NCBI GenBank assembly: GCA_965199825.1 | Contig: OZ241329.1 | Location: 704,362-768,361 of the forward strand | Direction of reading: 5' to 3' | DNA from: Bdellovibrionales bacterium | GTDB taxonomy: Bacteria; Bdellovibrionota; Bdellovibrionia; Bdellovibrionales; UBA1609 | Length of the DNA stretch: 64,000 bases | Shown here: piece by piece, positions 28,178-35,548 of the stretch | Numbering within the stretch: the first letter of the stretch is position 1 | Layout of the letters: each line of letters opens with the position of its first letter | Made by a program: the position numbers and the translations under genes | Notes under the pieces: generated by a model | Databases searched by the model: none | What the model saw: the letters and a program-made list of their open reading frames with translations, nothing else | Told to the model about the DNA's origin: nothing

Positions 28178-28641
28178 TTTTTTCTAAGAAACACTATCTT
28201 TTTGAGTTCGTGATTAGCATGTTATTTTTTGTGTTGAGCTTGCTTGACCCATCTATGGTTTTTGGAAGGGCGGTCGGCTTTATTGGAGTCATGATTTTAT
28301 TCATTCTCGCAAATATCGCTGGATGTTTAGCGTGGTTAATTTTGGAATTTTTTTTCTCAAAGCTAAAACAAAACCTTTTAATACGTATCTCACTGGCAGT
28401 TTTTCTGACAGGTTTTATGCAATGGAGCACAGTGCTCTTCGCATATCAAACAACTGCACTCGGCCAGTTTTTTTACGAAAAGAAAATCACCTACCATTGC
28501 TTAACACGCCCTGATTTTGATCTGTGTGCTCGGTCGGTCACATTTGATGCCGCAGCAGCACTTATGGTTGATGTTCAAACCAAACAAAAGGTTTTTAACT
28601 TTTTGCACCAAGGATACAAAAATCCTTTTTTAAAAAACTAA
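28174..28641 (+). CDS. small polytopic membrane protein
   Basis: 155 aa with about 4 hydrophobic spans. Translationally coupled to the upstream gene by a 4-nt overlap. Confidence 0.55.
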   Translation: MIFSKKHYLFEFVISMLFFVLSLLDPSMVFGRAVGFIGVMILFILANIAGCLAWLILEFFFSKLKQNLLIRISLAVFLTGFMQWSTVLFAYQTTALGQFFYEKKITYHCLTRPDFDLCARSVTFDAAAALMVDVQTKQKVFNFLHQGYKNPFLKN

Positions 28642-28826
28642 TTTTAAAGACATTTCAACGTGGATTTCAAATCGAATCACCCTCTTAAATCACATAATAG
28701 ACTTAAATAATTTCGGGAAGATTTCCTTCGGGTAATAATCGAAAACCATTTTTTTCTTCGAGGACCAAGAACACGGGGAAAAAAATAAAAATCCAAAACA
28801 CACTCCAAAACTTTCGTCTCCGATAT

Positions 28827-29057
28827 TCAAGGCTGTAGAAGCTCAAGTTGCTCATCGGTCAAATCGAGTTCAAGAAGAAAGATTCGAGACTGATTGATGA
28901 GTTGAACAACATCCACATTAAATTCTTTAAGACTGACCCCGATATGGATTGTGCCAAGTAAATAAGAATCTCCATGAGCTGTGCTTATTCTAAATAATGG
29001 AGCTTTGTTGACCTGCGCCTGAGCCGAAAAGCTGATCAACAATAATAAAATAAGCAT
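28827..29057 (-). pseudogene. N-terminal fragment of a TraB/GumN-family protein
   Basis: 76 aa. After the signal peptide, APLFRISTAHGDSYLLGTIHIG...IFLLELD matches the conserved N-terminal block of GumN/TraB proteins, which are normally much longer as I recall (~250-300 aa). The frame stops after 76 codons and only ~185 nt remain before the next gene. Confidence 0.45.
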
Positions 29058-29151
29058 TTGAGCTTCCTTACAAAAAAAATGCCGCTACGATGACTGTTAT
29101 TGAGTGTCTACAACAGTTCGGCGACAATTTTTGTACTACAACTGGCGAATA

Positions 29152-31053
29152 TTACTCGACATAAAACATATAAGTTTCATTTGGGGCTAATCCACGAATC
29201 ACCCAGCTGTTGGCATCGACGATGTCTTGTGTGCGCCGCAGTCCGTCCCACCCATAAACTTTTATTGTTTGTGCTCCCACAGTTGAGGGAACGGTATAAC
29301 TTGTACCAAAGTGATTGGTCCAATTTTTCCAGTTTTGCCAAACGTAGAGTTTGGTGTTCGCCATAGTCCCAGACCCGGTCAACGCGAACTCTCCGCGACC
29401 CTTTGGATCCATTCTTTGATTGCTCACATCAAAGTTAAGATTTCTTGTCAGCCACATCACGAGGCCAATCACTGCTCCGCGAGGGTTTGGCTGCCATATC
29501 GGTGCAAGTTGAGTTGCCAATGCATAACCTGGCTGTGCATCGGCGAGGGTCATCCCGACGTTCCACACTTCAACAAATTTTGCAGCTGGTGTTTTGCCGT
29601 CGGCTTTCACAACACCAAAGTTATCCCATATCCCGGCAAGAAGAGCTTTCGCGGCGTACTCTTCACTCATCCCCGTCTGTGTTCCGTCCACAAGGCCACG
29701 GCCGTAAGCAAATTCTGTTTGGTAAAAATTGGGTTGTGTGGTGATACCTGCAGACTGAAGAACGCGGTCATAGCAAGATTGGGCAGAAAAGAGTCTGTCG
29801 CCAGCTTCGATCGGAAAATACTGATGGCTATAATAGATGTGGATATCAATACCATCGAGCGCGCCTGAATTAAACAAATCTGCTATAGCCTTGGCGTATC
29901 CGCCTACATTGCTATCAAGAGATGTTCCACACAGTCCATACCCGCCGGGCAAAACATGAAGGCTGGTGTTTACGGAATGAATTCCATCTGCCACACCTTT
30001 TATGGAGTCGTGATAGCCTGTCAGCGAAATACCGACCCGAATATCGGGTTCATTAAGAGCCTCGTAGCTCACAACTCCCCAGTCGTGAATCCCCTGAGAA
30101 ATCAGCCAAGCCGAATTCGGCTGGTAGCGTGTCGCGTACAACTGACCCACCTGATACATGACGTTGTAGCCCGGTGGATCTCCCGCCAAAGTGCCATCCC
30201 ATTCAAAGATGAGCAGCGGAACACGAACGCCGTTTTGGTAAGCTTGAAGAATGAGAGCATCAAAGGGACTTGTTGAACCGAGCGTTTGTTTGTCCGCCTT
30301 CACATAATCTGTCCCACCCATTCTTAATCCACCTAAACCCAAAGTTTTAAGTCCAGCATATTGGCCGATTCCGTTGGGAGTGAGAGTTAAAACAGGATTG
30401 TACCAGAATGCGCCCGCGCCAATTTGTGCAAGCCCAGTTGGCGCGGTTGATGGAAAATTCATCTGAGGCATTTTGCCAGGATTTGGTAAGGCATAATCAA
30501 CGATCGAAAAATTTTGCAACAAAGACTTTGCATTAATGGACACCAGTTCTACCGGATCATTCAATTGACCCGTGTTGCTCAAACAATATTGAGCATCGGT
30601 ACTGCAAATCACGTAGCTGTCGGAAACACCCATGCCCACCACCCATGATTGAGTCGAGACATCTTGGGTACAAGGCTGAAGAATCGTTTGCGGACTCATC
30701 TGAATATTTTTGGAATCGAGGCATAGAGATGACTGACCCTGTAACGAAATTTGATATGTGCCATCGACATTTGGAGTAAACAATAATTGTTGTGCACCTT
30801 GATCACAGTCAGCAGCTACTAATTTTTCTGGAGGAGTGCCTTGAGCAATACCAAAACAGATGTTGGGCGTACCGGCTCTAAAGATTTGACCCGTCCTGGC
30901 AGAAGGCGGAGACTCCGACGATCCTGTCGAGGAATTGCCGTTAAGCTGAGACATCGCTTTAAACTGTTGCGAACAATTCATAAAAAACAGTGAACTGCAC
31001 ATAAAAAGACCGGTAAACAAAATAAGACTACGGATGTCGATACGACGTTTCAA
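29152..31053 (-). CDS. lipoprotein: ricin-B lectin domain plus clan GH-A (GH5-like) glycoside hydrolase
   Basis: LFMCSSLFFMNCSQ signal. Beta-trefoil strings CFGI...CDQGAQQLLF, LCLDS and QSWVV. YEALNEPD (acid/base NEP motif) and FYQTEFAYG (candidate nucleophile). Confidence 0.7.
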   Translation of the reverse strand: MKRRIDIRSLILFTGLFMCSSLFFMNCSQQFKAMSQLNGNSSTGSSESPPSARTGQIFRAGTPNICFGIAQGTPPEKLVAADCDQGAQQLLFTPNVDGTYQISLQGQSSLCLDSKNIQMSPQTILQPCTQDVSTQSWVVGMGVSDSYVICSTDAQYCLSNTGQLNDPVELVSINAKSLLQNFSIVDYALPNPGKMPQMNFPSTAPTGLAQIGAGAFWYNPVLTLTPNGIGQYAGLKTLGLGGLRMGGTDYVKADKQTLGSTSPFDALILQAYQNGVRVPLLIFEWDGTLAGDPPGYNVMYQVGQLYATRYQPNSAWLISQGIHDWGVVSYEALNEPDIRVGISLTGYHDSIKGVADGIHSVNTSLHVLPGGYGLCGTSLDSNVGGYAKAIADLFNSGALDGIDIHIYYSHQYFPIEAGDRLFSAQSCYDRVLQSAGITTQPNFYQTEFAYGRGLVDGTQTGMSEEYAAKALLAGIWDNFGVVKADGKTPAAKFVEVWNVGMTLADAQPGYALATQLAPIWQPNPRGAVIGLVMWLTRNLNFDVSNQRMDPKGRGEFALTGSGTMANTKLYVWQNWKNWTNHFGTSYTVPSTVGAQTIKVYGWDGLRRTQDIVDANSWVIRGLAPNETYMFYVE

Positions 31054-31316
31054 AGTTCCCCCCTGGACCCAATGATTAATTTTAACCTACTTAAGTCGCG
31101 TCAGTTGGAATTATAGAATTTGCCCGTACATTCTTCCTCAAAATTCTTTATATGAGACGTTTAAAAGAACAAATGGCTCGGACGATCGGCAGCAGCGCCT
31201 AAAAGCGAGTTCGAAAACACAGCCTTGGTAATTTTATGCTTTTGTTTTTATATTTTCGGCATCTTGCTGTCTGATCGATCACCGAAGAAATAGTGTCAGA
31301 TTAATCAGAATAAAAA

Positions 31317-32165
31317 TTAATAATTAGAAAGCAGAATTTTTGCGCAAGCTAATCCAGTTTCGCGTGCATTCGCTTTTAGTGCGAGTTCTGAGAGTGCTTT
31401 ACTTGCGTAGTCGTAAGGTGCGAGACGCGTGATCAAACTTTTAATACGAATGTCGAAATATCTATAAGGTGCTGGCGAAGTCTGAGTGATTCGATCCAAG
31501 GCACGAATAGCTTTTACTGCGAGTGGTGTCCCGTGATGCTTATCCGCGAAAGTCCTTAGAGTTTGCACTGCAATTAGTGATGCCTGGTATCGAACTTCAT
31601 TTTTTTCCGGCACAACTCGATAGCTCACGCCCATCACGGTTAATGCATCAATCAACTTTTCAGCAACGATGGCCGCGGTCTCTGCGTATTGATGTTTGAA
31701 TTCATCATCCGCTTTTGAACTGAGAATCCAGCCCATTCTATCAAGATATGGCAGACTGTATCTCTCTGCATCTGAACGGAACGTGACGAGTCGCTCGAGG
31801 TCGCGTGCCAAAGGGCTTCTCTGCTCAGATTTGGGAGGGTCAACGTGTCCGTTTAATATCTCTTCGGTGCGAACCTGTAGTGCTAGCACAGTGAGATCTC
31901 CGATCACTTCATATACCGTTCTCATCGTTTCTAAAGATAAGTATGGTCGCTCAAACCGATTCTCCATCAAACCTAAGTAAGATGCGTGATCTAAATAATA
32001 AACAGGATCGTATAAATCAAATGGCTTTGGCTCAAGTAAATCGTAATTATTTAGATAGTAATTGGCAATTGCACGAATCTTTGCAGGATCATTAGGCAGC
32101 GGCAGCTGAGTGCCACCAACCTGGGCAAAAGCAATAAACGCAATAAGCTGGAACAACCATGTCAT
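31317..32165 (-). CDS. exported hypothetical protein
   Basis: 282 aa with signal peptide MTWLFQLIAFIAFAQVGG. Confidence 0.55.
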   Translation of the reverse strand: MTWLFQLIAFIAFAQVGGTQLPLPNDPAKIRAIANYYLNNYDLLEPKPFDLYDPVYYLDHASYLGLMENRFERPYLSLETMRTVYEVIGDLTVLALQVRTEEILNGHVDPPKSEQRSPLARDLERLVTFRSDAERYSLPYLDRMGWILSSKADDEFKHQYAETAAIVAEKLIDALTVMGVSYRVVPEKNEVRYQASLIAVQTLRTFADKHHGTPLAVKAIRALDRITQTSPAPYRYFDIRIKSLITRLAPYDYASKALSELALKANARETGLACAKILLSNY

Positions 32166-32406
32166 AAAAGCTCCGACTGTTAGACTAACGGGCTAGCTCG
32201 TTCTTGTTGAGTTGTCAAAATGAAGACGATGGGTCAATTGTATATGGAATGTTTCGCAGCTCCGTGAGGACACGGATGTGGCGACCAAAAAAATTAAGAG
32301 TCGTCGTGCCCGCCCCCAATTGATGAGTCTCCATATACAGTTTGGAAATCAGAAAATTTGAATTGCGTGATAAACAATACCGCTATAATATTTTTACTCA
32401 ATATAT

Positions 32407-34029
32407 CTATCTAAAGTATGAACCACATAACTTTGCACGGTCAGGTTCGTACTGGAGAAGATATTTTTTTTGCTCTTCCAAAAATTTAAGGTCTGATATT
32501 TTATGTACGCCCTCTCCTTCTTTTAAACAAAAAACACTGATTGTTTGAAGTTGATTTTTATTCGAAGAGTCTGAGACCATTTGCTGAATCACTGGATTTC
32601 TCATAAGTGAATTTATTATGAGATCCGCAATTTGTGCACCGTAAACAGGGCGCAATCCCATATCAATTTTTGAAAGGCAGAGATTTACTGCCGTTCCCGA
32701 TGTTTCGCGACAACCATTGCAACTGCGTCCATTGTAGCCTTGCAGAGCCCAGCTCAGAGAGTGATTAGAATCAATAGCATTTTGCGATCGCCTCTTTGCA
32801 TATTTTAAACCCAATAAACTTTTTGTTTGCGCGATTGTTTCTGAATTCGAGTTCGCTACATCCGATAGCACGTCCACACAACACTGGCCTTCGGCTTGAG
32901 CAGAAATGTCTAGTTTCAGAGCGGTCGACACCCAGTTATTTTCTTTGCATAACCTAGTTTTTTTGACGTTGTTATTGCTCGGTTCGATCAGTGCTAAAAC
33001 AGGAACTACTTTTTGTCTGCTGAGAACCCCTTTACATCCTTTTTCATCTTTACATTTAAGGATCGATAAATCCTCTGAGTTACTTATTCTTTCTTCTAAA
33101 GAGACTCTTTCTTCATGTATGTCTGATGACTGCTTAGCCATCCCCATTATTAATGCGGCTTGTTTCTCTGATAGATTCGATTTCCCGCCCACATATGAAT
33201 GTTTAGCGACCAACATTCGTGCAGTAAATAGACCATCGTCTTTTCGACCGAGCTCAAGATACTTTTCCTCAAAACTTGTAGAAAATGTTTTTGAATACTG
33301 GGGTTGAGGATTTAGATTACAATTCATCTCAGAAACCCCAGCAATTTGATCAATAGGCATCAAGCCATACTGTTCACTGTAATATCCAGAATAAGCTTTG
33401 TCTTCGCCCTGCTTAATATCCAGAGGTGGGTTTTCCAAAAGAACGATAGCCAGAGCCATAAATGGATCAAGACCTAAGGCAATCGCTTTATCTATCAAGT
33501 ATTGAATTTTATTTTTATCGTAGTTGGTGGCGGACTTGTTAGATAGCGGGCCACGGAATGGATAAGTTATAGCGATATGAGCATCATCTTGAGCGGCCGA
33601 AGAACAATCGGCGAGCAAAGCTTGCTGCTTGGCCATTGCAATACCGAATTTCGAGGAAATTGGATTCTGAGCTGCTGTTGCCATGGCTGCATTAAGCACA
33701 CGATTCGTGTTACTTACTAGAATAGCGTTTTTGTTAATTTGAGAATTGCAGTTGCGACATTCTGTTTTTTGCAACGACGAACTTGAGATTATCTTTTCAT
33801 TAGATGTCGGCAAACTTAGCAGATTAGGTTTATAACTGTAGGACATCAATTTTCCATGCTCATCACACTTAAATTCCATATCGTAAGCATTAACAAAATG
33901 GGCGGAACCAAAATAAAATATAAACAAAAGATAAACATTCTTAGCAAAAATATTGTTCACAATTATATTGTACAGCTGAGGAATAGCTAAGAGATCAATC
34001 ATATCAGGGGAATAAAAAATTTTGACCAA
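32407..34029 (-). CDS. exported Cys-rich hypothetical protein, possible lytic-transglycosylase-like segment
   Basis: 540 aa with hydrophobic N-terminus NVYLLFIFYFGSAHFVNA. ALGLDPFMALAIVLLENPP...YGLMPIDQ loosely resembles the SLT E...GLMQ pattern (weak). The exact start is uncertain. Confidence 0.5.
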   Translation of the reverse strand: MVKIFYSPDMIDLLAIPQLYNIIVNNIFAKNVYLLFIFYFGSAHFVNAYDMEFKCDEHGKLMSYSYKPNLLSLPTSNEKIISSSSLQKTECRNCNSQINKNAILVSNTNRVLNAAMATAAQNPISSKFGIAMAKQQALLADCSSAAQDDAHIAITYPFRGPLSNKSATNYDKNKIQYLIDKAIALGLDPFMALAIVLLENPPLDIKQGEDKAYSGYYSEQYGLMPIDQIAGVSEMNCNLNPQPQYSKTFSTSFEEKYLELGRKDDGLFTARMLVAKHSYVGGKSNLSEKQAALIMGMAKQSSDIHEERVSLEERISNSEDLSILKCKDEKGCKGVLSRQKVVPVLALIEPSNNNVKKTRLCKENNWVSTALKLDISAQAEGQCCVDVLSDVANSNSETIAQTKSLLGLKYAKRRSQNAIDSNHSLSWALQGYNGRSCNGCRETSGTAVNLCLSKIDMGLRPVYGAQIADLIINSLMRNPVIQQMVSDSSNKNQLQTISVFCLKEGEGVHKISDLKFLEEQKKYLLQYEPDRAKLCGSYFR

Positions 34030-34116
34030 AGTCGGGCAAAAGGATCAGACAAATGATTCCTGCTAAGCGCAACTAAAGCCCTTACGCTTTTATTGGTATA
34101 GCAACCTGCAGAATTA

Positions 34117-34255
34117 CAAAAAGCGAACGAAGGTGCACTCCGACTTTAGATTTTTCGATCAATCAACTGCTGTTAAATTTTGCGCAAGAAATGTTATATA
34201 GCCTCGTGTCTCCACCAAATGCCCCACAGCCAACCTCCCCTTCAATCGGGTTAAC
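34117..34255. repeat. shortened second copy of the C-rich element at 35222..35419
   Basis: Shares gcgaacgaagg (34123-34133), cctcgtgtctccaccaa (34202-34218) and ccccacagccaacctccccttcaatcgg (34222-34249). The matching strings in the larger copy are at 35227-35237, 35246-35262 and 35323-35350. Confidence 0.6.
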
Positions 34256-34268
34256 TCATAATGTAAAT

Positions 34269-35093
34269 TTAGAGTGGTTTGCGTAAAGACAATTTCAAAA
34301 CAATGCCTTTTTCATAGGGCCCACGATGACCAGCATTAAAGTTTTTGAATTCAACATATCGAAAAAATTTACCGTCGTAGATTATTGAGAGATCCTCATT
34401 TGACCAACTCAAAGTTTCGACAAGTTTTAAAAATAAAGATGGATTTACAAAAGCTGAAAACACGATTTGTCCGCCAGGTGCTGTAACACGGTAGGCTTCT
34501 CGCAAAGTATCATAAGCGAGTGACGACCAAGTTGGTAACCAAGCTCGCCGCCAGCTCCCAAAGATTACAAAATTATTGATCAACATGTGACTGAGTACTG
34601 ATGTGGCCCAACCGTCAGGCAGAGGGAGTTGAGACGAACTTGCGGCTATCAGCCGTCCTGAGGAACCATAACGATTTAAAAAGTTACGAAGGGAATCCCC
34701 CGCTTCGCATTTTGGTATGGGGTTCAAGCCATATATGGGATCGATAGCACAAACATGTATGTTCGGAATCTCGTTCAAAGATTTGAACAATGGACTATAA
34801 CCTTCTCCAAGGAGAACGACTCGTGGACCGAGGTCAGGCAAATCTCTTTCCCTAAAATTGAGATTTTTTAAGATCGTTTCTAAGTCGTAAACTTTAGCGC
34901 TTGACCTTCCATTATTAAAAGTTATGCCCCCATCCGGTTTGCTACTATAACTTCCCAAGATCGTGCTGCAATTGACTGACGCGAAAACCGGAGTATGACT
35001 GTAAGAGATCAATAAGGATACAAACAAAAAAAAAGTACTGAATGTCTTCTGATTGCGACGCAGAGAAAGTTTCGAAAGCTTACACATACTCAT
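34269..35093 (-). CDS. exported methyltransferase-fold-like hypothetical protein
   Basis: The ATG at 35093 gives MSMCKLSKLSLRRNQKTFSTFFLFVSLLISYSHTPVFAS (the track start at 35180 is also possible). VVLLGEGYSP, LPLPDGWATSVLSHML and RVTAPGGQIVFSAF loosely follow SAM-MTase motifs I, IV and post-V (weak). Confidence 0.5.
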   Translation of the reverse strand: MSMCKLSKLSLRRNQKTFSTFFLFVSLLISYSHTPVFASVNCSTILGSYSSKPDGGITFNNGRSSAKVYDLETILKNLNFRERDLPDLGPRVVLLGEGYSPLFKSLNEIPNIHVCAIDPIYGLNPIPKCEAGDSLRNFLNRYGSSGRLIAASSSQLPLPDGWATSVLSHMLINNFVIFGSWRRAWLPTWSSLAYDTLREAYRVTAPGGQIVFSAFVNPSLFLKLVETLSWSNEDLSIIYDGKFFRYVEFKNFNAGHRGPYEKGIVLKLSLRKPL

Positions 35094-35221
35094 TACAAGA
35101 AATTTGCAATTTACAAGCCCAGGTAGAAACAGTTTTTTACGACTCAAAAATTTCAATACAAAGCTTAGTATCAAAAACAAAATTTAAAAAATTTTTATAT
35201 TGGAATCGTTATTCGCAGTTT

Positions 35222-35419
35222 TTGCTGCGAACGAAGGCATTAGGTCCTCGTGTCCCCACCAACACACCTGCATCCATGCATACAACCGGCTTGACCGCTC
35301 AGCAGGCCATCCGGGCCTGCTGCCCCACATCCAATCCTCCCTTTGGTCGGATCAGCTGCGGGTCGCGTTCAACCTTCTCGTCCCTCAGCCCATGAACCCT
35401 TCGTTGCTGCGAACGAAGG
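35222..35419. repeat. C-rich 198-bp element bounded by 16-nt direct repeats (candidate structured RNA, leader or miniature insertion)
   Basis: ttgctgcgaacgaagg occurs at 35222-35237 and 35404-35419. Internal 9-bp hairpin cagcaggcc-atccg-ggcctgctg at 35300-35322. Terminal hairpins at 35212-35231 and 35398-35419. The composition is visibly more C/G-rich than the flanks. Confidence 0.6.
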
Positions 35420-35458
35420 TATGATGTGTCTTCACTATTTTAGTTCTTAATTTTATTT

Positions 35459-35535
35459 TGGTAGGGGCTGAGGGACTCGAACCCCCGATCCGCCGGTTAT
35501 GAGCCGGCTGCTTTAACCAACTAAGCTAAGCCCCC
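35459..35535 (-). tRNA. tRNA with CAU anticodon (elongator Met or lysidine-modified Ile2)
   Basis: Reverse strand folds as GGGGGCT-TA-GCTT-AGTTGGTTA-AAGC-A-GCCGG-CTCATAA-CCGGC-GGATC-GGGGG-TTCGAGT-CCCTC-AGCCCCT-A-CCA, a 77-nt cloverleaf folded by hand with CCA encoded. It is not initiator-like: only two G-C pairs at the bottom of the anticodon stem, and the 1-72 pair is G-U. Confidence 0.88.
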
Positions 35536-35548
35536 AGTTGGTTTTTTG

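Noticed and set aside
29311-29868. Long antisense or shadow ORFs inside large genes (29311..29868, 13678..14082, 13721..14146, 37896..38321, 42914..43288, 59939..60319, 51594..52555 and others)
   Set aside because: Each lies entirely within a longer ORF on the opposite strand or in another frame that has clear domain motifs or signal peptides. Their sequences are low-complexity or Arg/Cys-rich, as is typical of non-coding frames.
35026-35034. Homopolymer tracts inside coding 5' regions (A9/T9 at 35026-35034 in the MTase-fold-like gene, A9 at 2600-2608 in the C13-like gene) as possible phase-variation switches
   Set aside because: Nine-base A/T runs are common in an AT-leaning genome, and both are currently in frame. 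Without population data there is no evidence of switching.
35246-35262. cctcgtgtccccaccaa (and cctcgtgtctccaccaa at 34202-34218), which look like tRNA 3' ends with CCA, suggesting attachment-site duplications
   Set aside because: The upstream sequence does not form a canonical T-arm. No tRNA in the window has this acceptor sequence, and no recombinase gene is nearby.
35282-35302. Plus-strand ACAACCGGCTTGACCGCTCAG, which resembles the 3' P4 region of RNase P RNA (ACAGAACCCGGCTTATCGGTCAG)
   Set aside because: The obligatory 5' partner GAGGAAAGTCCGGGC is absent. Also, only about 280 nt of non-coding space is available, which is too short for a bacterial RNase P RNA.
35335-35392. TPP-riboswitch-like strings on the minus strand (GGGCTGAGGGACG...ACCCGCAGCTGATCCGACCAAAGGGAGG)
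   Set aside because: CTGAG, ACCC, CTGATCCG and AGGGA appear in the right order. However, the P4/P5 pyrophosphate-sensor hairpin (GG.TAAT.CC.GCG) is missing, and the downstream gene is not thiamine-related. This is probably chance resemblance. cmscan would settle it.
35042-35424. Track ORFs 35042..35395 and 35200..35424 covering the C-rich element
   Set aside because: One is antisense to the 5' end of the neighbouring gene. The other is Pro/Ser/Cys-rich read-through of a non-coding repeat. Neither has an RBS, and the second copy of the element does not preserve either frame.
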